A program made the translations under genes and the position numbers. A DNA stretch of 57,462 nt, the filler included, from Sphacelaria rigidula (lineage: Eukaryota): assembly GCA_964200075.2 (NCBI GenBank). It is 5 parts of 5 records of this genome, joined end to end, with 100 filler letters (N's around TTAATTAATTAA, not from the genome) between each part and the next. Parts side by side here need not be neighbours in the genome. Positions count along the whole stretch, not along the records: positions 46,051 to 57,462 come from CAXNAA020004949.1; 4 more parts are not named here. One strand, given 5' to 3'. This document shows positions 50,886 to 57,462 of the stretch, piece by piece. Every line of letters begins with the position of its first letter. Position 1 is the stretch's first letter. The notes under the pieces are model-generated. The model ran no database searches, was not told the origin of the DNA, and saw only the letters and a list, made by a program, of their open reading frames with translations.

Positions 50886-51129
50886 CTCGACCAACCACGC
50901 TCTACCGTACGAGCATTCGACTTCCTCTTCCCTCCCTCCTCGTTCGTCTTGTACTTGCCACTCCACTTCGAGAGCCTCCAGTCCTATTGTTATCCTGGAC
51001 ACATCGCCCGCTGTCAGCTCGTCGCCGAGCACGCCAGAGAGCTCGTCCACAATCTTGCATCGCTTTTCTTCTTCGACGGCAAGCGCGCGCAAAGCCCTGT
51101 CTCGCTCGTCGGCGAGAGCAGCTAGGCTC
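50886..51129 (-). CDS. Orphan exon of an unknown, possibly decayed gene (acidic, coiled-coil-like)
   Basis: tttcacaacag| SLAALADERDRALRALAVEEEKRCKIVDELSGVLGDE...AWLVE |gtgagg; open and GC-rich. Confidence 0.4.
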
Positions 51130-52641
51130 CTGTTGTGAAACCAAGAGCAACGAAGTAAAATGAATGAGCACATCCTGTTATCATATTCTGACGGTCTCTT
51201 TCATACACGGCTGTTCTTCGCACAGAGTGTGTCATCTCCCACCGATGGACTGCGCTCTTCAACCCTTTGACCGACAGGGTGGGTCATCCGGGTCTGAGAG
51301 TCATTCTTTTCGAGTGAAAATGGCTCGGCTCCGACAGACCACCCCTGACGGTTGAAGCCTCACGTGTGAATCGTACAGTCTATACCAAATGTACCGTGGC
51401 AATCGCTTGTACAACAAAATTCAACCGGTCTGTCCTGCCCTGTACTGAACCGTGCTGAATTGGACAGCTGAGCTGCTCCACGGTAGGGTATGATCCCGTT
51501 GTCATGAAGCTAAGACGGGGTATCGAATTTCGGTCTGCTGGCAGATAGAGTTATGAAAGTTTCGTAGTTCCTCCTGAGTCTCGCTTTGCCCCCTGATTCC
51601 GAGGAGATAGCGCCTTGTTGCCGCCCTTGACGCAGCTTTTCCCATGCCGGCCCATAGTCCCTCACCTAGCTCACTCCTGAGCCAGCCCCCGTCTACTGGA
51701 TTAGTACTAGTCTGGTAAACGCTAGTGAAAGCATCGAACGAGAGAAAAACTCAATGTTATAAACATGAGTCTTTTTCGATCGATAGGGTCACAAGCACCC
51801 TGATGCGTCAGAATTCGGCTGTGCAAGTCCTGAGGACGTCTGTCATCTTCACATTTGGTGCTGACGGTATGCTTATTGATTGCACGACGCAACGCTTTGC
51901 GGAGGAGATTTGCCATCAACCCAAGGATTTTTTAATCATTTATGAGCACCAGAAACATCTGCCAGTTGAAGGTCGGCAAGAGTGGGTTGGATGGAGGGTT
52001 AGACGTGAAATGTTTGGCATCTCTACCGTCATCGGCAGGCACGTTGTTAATGTATCACGGTTTGTTTACCTTCCTTTTCATGTGTCGCCTCTGAACTGCG
52101 ACATCGCGAGCGGATTCATGATAAACTGCAGCACTTTCGGCCTCAGCAATACGTTGTGCTTCAGAAGCAGTGGCGAACGCTGAGGCACAAAGGTAAAACG
52201 GTACGTCCATCATCGACGATACCGAGAATTCGGATGACTATATCTGCCAAGTGGGGGGCAACCTGCCCGCGTGTGGCACAGGTGGACTAGAGAACCCAAC
52301 CGACTTATAAAGGCGAGGCTTGTAACTCAAGGCGGAGCTGGATGGCGAGCCACCCCTGCGTTGCTTCCCTGCCCCTAAAACATGTCGACCGGAGAGTACC
52401 TCTACTCGTAAGCCGCCGCTATCAAGGCACAACGTACTGCTGAGACCGAATCAACAGCAATTCGGCGTGTATCCGCTCGAGTTCTCGCAGTTCAGAGATA
52501 GTAGATGGAAATGAATGTAAACATACTCTGACACACTGACAACGTGCCTGGCGCTCACGGCAAATATATTATAAACGTCCGACCGCATCACATCGATCCG
52601 ACGCACTCTTATCAACACTTTCCAAGTGTTGCCGGTGCTCA

Positions 52642-52811
52642 TGAACCCTTTTGAGACCGGATTCCCAGAAACAAGTGGTTTGCACGCAGGGGTCCTTTTG
52701 TGTGAATCGGCGTCGTTTTCATTCATTTTCAAGTAAAAATGATGTCGGTTCACGGAAATGCCCCTGCGTGTAAACCACATGTTTCTGGGAGTCCGGTCCC
52801 GAAAGGGTTCA
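52642..52811. mobile_element. ~170-bp MITE with ~50-bp TIRs, piggyBac-like CCCT...AGGG ends
   Basis: tgaacccttttgagaccggattcccagaaacaagtggtttgcacgcagggg / cccctgcgtgtaaaccacatgtttctgggagtccggtcccgaaagggttca. Confidence 0.75.
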
Positions 52812-55800
52812 CTCTCTGACTACACTTGGATTCATGACTGAGAGATCTCCCTTCGACAGGCGTTGCATCGTGCAAATTACCAAACGTGCGCCCCGGATAC
52901 CGTGACAACTCTCACGGAGGTCACTGACGACTGGTTCTCCGAGATTGGAATCGACGTCAACGAGGACAACTGAGTTTTCTCTGTTCGCACATCTGGGGAA
53001 GAGTTCAAGCAACTACGTCGATCGTTGTGACCAAACTAGCGCCATCCAGCGTCTCAGTCCATACCCGGTAGCTGCTGGCGTTCCATTTGCCAAGTACCTT
53101 TGTGAGTCTAAGGTTTTGGTCTCGAGCACGACCGGGTAGGGGTGGAAGAATAGCCCTAGCGATTGCCTGTGTCAGGTGTACATTCGCAATAAGTGTTGCG
53201 AAGCAGTTCCCTTCCTTGTTTCCGGGAGAGCCAGCTACACAACAAGTGCCTTGCGCTCCCGCAGACGCGATGTGGACTTCTGCGCCCCGGGAACATAGTT
53301 TGGCCCCCGCCATTCGTGGCAAAACGTACCGATATTATTTTACAACCACAGACCGCCCCTGCTACGAGCTACCGCACTGGGTCTCGTGGACACGACCAAA
53401 ACTCGTCTGGTGCTCCATAGGTCCCCGATACCGTCAGCGGCTCAGCAGTCAGTGTCAAGGGTCAACCCGATCCCTTCCTTGCGGGTTTTGATCGACGGTC
53501 ACACTTCGGGGGGACTCGGAATGATGTCTTCGTAGTATCCATTACCGAGTGGGCCAAAGATTACCCCAACTTGTGAACCCTGTTGTTCCGATATGTCGAC
53601 GGGCACGACGCCTTGAGCCGCCACGCCAACAGCTACATCGGCTGCCGCTGCCAAAAACGCATGGGCAACTACCGCACTTCGAACCGTAAATCACGTGATC
53701 ACTACGGTCACGAAGGGCATAGGCCATGCAACTACAGACGTCGCAACTTCAACCCTCGCGACAACAATAACAGCAATGGTTATAACCGGAGAGATGACTT
53801 CCCTTGTCGCTGTCACCACCGTAAATGCTGATCGCTACAAGCGGACCGCAGTGGATCTCCGTTCCTCTAACCCGAACAGTGGGAACCCGGGTTTTTTTAT
53901 GACAGATCCCACATCCCAATGACCCGCCGACGCCGACGTTTTGCGATCTTCGGCACCGTCGATGACACCGACGAAAAATGGTCATAAGCAAAGCTCTTTC
54001 GGGCCACGTAGCCATCCCATCGTGGCGTGTTGTGTGAAATCAGGGAACAACTACAACAGCACCTTTGGATAGTGTATATGTGGAATGGCGGATGCATTGG
54101 CTTATCATCAGGTACGGTGGACGAAATCACTTCACAGTAAGAACGCACACCCCTGTAACTTCCATCATAGATACGAGGAAAAACGCAATGGAAGGTACAT
54201 CCGTCAGTCTCGCTCCATACTTGTTCTGCGATGAAAATTTGGCACAGAAAAATTGGAGATTTGTTTCCTCACACGTGCCACGGGTCATAGAAGTCCTACT
54301 ACGGATTTCGAGCTTCATACACCAGTTTTTCGCCAGCGACCATGTCACCTTAGATACCACCCCCTGGAAAAAGCAAGACAGGGCGGAGTCAACGAACTAT
54401 ATCAAGCATGTAATCACCAATATGCGGGAGCACATGAATGGGGAACGTTTGCACGTACGTCTTCTAGGAACTCCGACTCAAATGCACGCGCGGGGAAGGC
54501 AGGACTATCGCCTTATTTATTCCCAACCACTCGCGCCACGAGAGGCCGATGAGTAACGCCTTGTGTGCATTGCGGTCCTGAGCCGAGCGTGGCACACCGT
54601 GCGCACCCTGTACGCCCGACTCGTGCCGTCGAATGAATTCGAAAGTGCACTGGCGACGGAGCAAGACCGCAGCAATTCCTGTGCAGTCGAGAGGTGCTGA
54701 CAACGCCGCATATCACGCAGCCCTTTCCGAGGGGCATAGGGGGAGCCGGCACGACGGTCACCGATCTGGTTGCGGGTCATTCTTTCCTGGACCGTGGTTA
54801 TTTCCGACATCCCCGAATATGCAGGCAAAAATCTTCGTTGCAGGAAAAATATTAAAGCAGACGAACGAAGGGCACCAGACAATACGTCAAACGACGACCA
54901 AGTACAGATTACTTCGCAAATGCAGGGCCAGATTTGCTTTCAGCGGTTTCGACTTGGGAGAAGGCGAGAAAACGATGAAAAGGTGATCCCAAAAGTTCGG
55001 GGTTTGCCGAGATCTTCAACAGAAGACATGCTGGGGGGGGAAATCCGCGCCTACATATTCGGAGCAATGTTTAGTGAGTGTTAGGCACTCGTTAAAAATT
55101 CTTGTGTCACATTTTGCAAAAATGATATTTATTATCGCCAGAAATATGCGATAAGTAGTCCTGAAAGCACGTCCCGTCTGTGTCACCCGCGAGGGCCATC
55201 GTGGTGCGTTTGCATATGAACGCCGACCGACGTGAAGCCGTGCCTGGACGACTGCCATGAGGACGTAACTCAATGCCTATGGGCAGTGACTAACCTTGGG
55301 CGCAACCAGGTCGGCATGTGCTTTTGCTGACCGGCCCTTAGTGCGGCGGAGGGCCATCATTTCTTTGTCTTAATCGCGATATGCATGCGGGTCGGCAAGC
55401 AAGTTGCCTCGGAAATAATTTGCATTATTTGGCGGCTAATAGGGATACGGTAGATGGCATGAAGATGCAAAGGTGGCGATATCTTCACCGCTACGTCACG
55501 ATCGTTTCAAGGTTGCGAATACCTCTCGCCGTCGCCGCAAAGAGTCGCTGGGCACAACCAGTGCAAGCAACGGATACAGATACAACTCACTTGTTCCTAC
55601 AGTGCCACCGGCCGCAGCTTTTTCCAGCACGGTACGAAGCAGGTGCGTACCCAACTCGAATGCCCGGAATGTGTCGGGATATTTGTCAGCTAACCTTTTT
55701 TGTGTCACGACTGCCCCGCTATTAGAACGCAGGTGAGCGTGGGGTACCTTCGTCAAGTGTGTGTTCGCCCTAGGTGGTGCACGCAGACCTCAAAGGCGGC

Positions 55801-56553
55801 CTCCTCCAGTACAATGGCTGGCCGTTCCTTCGGCGAAGCTATATGGCGCCCGCTACGGCGCGAAAGCAGACTTGTACACGTCCACTCATAATGTACCGTG
55901 GTGAGATGGTCAAATAATCCGCAAGACCTCGGCGAGGTGGAAGTGGGTCAATCACCAAAATATGCGCGTTAAACCACATGCGTCCGGTACTCCCAAGTTG
56001 GTACCGGGAGAAGAATGCTGCACTCAACCACCGCTGTGGCTGCCAGATTGCCAGCACGCCCAACCTTAAATTTTCTGGTACTGCCTGTGAGGAGACATCG
56101 CCCCCTTGCGCTGGCAAGGGTCCTCGGCAGACCCCACCGTGCGCGCGAGAGGAGCTTAATCTGGACCTGTCGAGCGACTTGGAGCGGGAACGTGCAGCCC
56201 CCAACCCTCAGATATATAGCGGAGCTTCAACGATGCTTCTTAGCTGTACTTCTTCCAGCGTTCATCCATAACCGGGCGGAGACTCATGATGAAGACGTCA
56301 GGATCCGTTGTTGCCCGCGTGCCCGACTGATACCGTGCCCGCTATACTTGCTACCAGACAGCAAGTGATGAAAAAAAGAAAAACTTGTGCGGTCCTGATA
56401 TCCATCGTTTCAACGCACACCGCGCCCTCAGCGGCTTGCGCCCCTAAAAGTGTGACTGCGAAGCCTTGCTGCGGTACCAGCCAAGATATCCTCCAAGTTT
56501 CGGCATCATCATACAGGATGGGTCGATCAAGACGCGAATTTGTGGGTTGCAGA

Positions 56554-56820
56554 CCCCGTCTCATCTCAATTTTGCGAGTTAGACTTCGAATTTTGGTACG
56601 GAGGAAGAAAAAGGCATGCTAAAACGCTGTCGCTCGGGACGCACAGTTTGTTTGTTTTTCGTGTTATTAATGGCAATAATCAGTATCTAGGTATCACGAA
56701 AACACCGTTAACTCGCGAGAACACAAAATGTGCGTCCTGGGCGACAGCATTCTAGCATGCTCTATTCTTCCTCCGTACCATATTTCAAAGTCTAACTCGC
56801 AAAATTGAGGTGAGACGTGG
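56554..56820. repeat. Long imperfect inverted repeat (fold-back, arms ~115 bp)
   Basis: cgtctcatctcaattttgcgagttagac... / ...gtctaactcgcaaaattgaggtgagacg. Confidence 0.85.
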
Positions 56821-57462
56821 CGATTTAGAAACCGGGCCGGGCGAAATTCGGAACAGTATTTTCCAGGCCGTTTACCGGCCGACGTTTGGTACTTGTGTTT
56901 TTGAATATTTGTGTGAACCTTGCTAGGCCATAACCAACCAAAAAAGTGTGGGAAATATTGATTTGTATATTTTCACTTGCTTAGGACGCTTTTGTATAGT
57001 CAAGACGATATTTTCACGAGGAGGCCCGTACCTCTCCAAAAAAAATGAAGGGCTCATTTGTTTGTCTTTGGCATGCCTTTGCAATTGTCCATGATAGTTT
57101 CAAACCGCAATCCTTGAAATTGAACTAAAATACTGAGATTAGGTACGAGAGCGTTGTCCATCAAAGCTTCCCTGAAAAAACAAAAAAAAAATTAAAAACG
57201 ATGTTTTCTCTTCCATTATGCACTAGCGGTTCTTCATACAAAATTTCGACGCACAACTCTCGAAACTCAGCCGCAATATCCAGATATAGTGGATTACGTG
57301 CCTCTGCTCGAAATATATTGATTTTAGTATGGAACCTAATGTGCGCCACACCTCGAAACACATGACGAAATAGGCAAAAGTGGAGGGTACCGATCGCTTC
57401 CCCCTGCTCCAGGGAATGTTGTTGTTGTTGTTGTTGTTGTCTTCACATTAAAAGCCGTTCCG

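Overview
Eukaryotic, intron-rich, repeat-rich DNA; gene structure and repeat style point to a brown alga (Phaeophyceae; inferred). The window is not one locus. It is five contigs of almost identical length (11413, 11413, 11412, 11412, 11412 bp) joined by artificial 100-bp N/TTAATTAATTAA/N spacers. Contig 1 (1-11413) carries ten internal exons of the coatomer beta' gene (COPB2/SEC27), with two GC-AG introns. Contig 2 (11514-22926) carries a complete 4-exon gene for a secreted 168-aa cysteine-rich F5/8 type C (discoidin/CBM32-like) protein, amid nested MITEs, including a family with internal telomere-like CCCTAA repeats. Contigs 3 and 4 each carry one degenerate copy of the same chromodomain Ty3/Gypsy LTR element. 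Both keep gag, protease, integrase and chromodomain but share two in-frame losses that remove the RT core and most of RNase H, at splice-like junctions. Both lack a tRNA PBS and show possible self-priming complementarity. Contig 5 holds repeats, a tRNA-like SINE head, an orphan exon and a ~265-bp fold-back.
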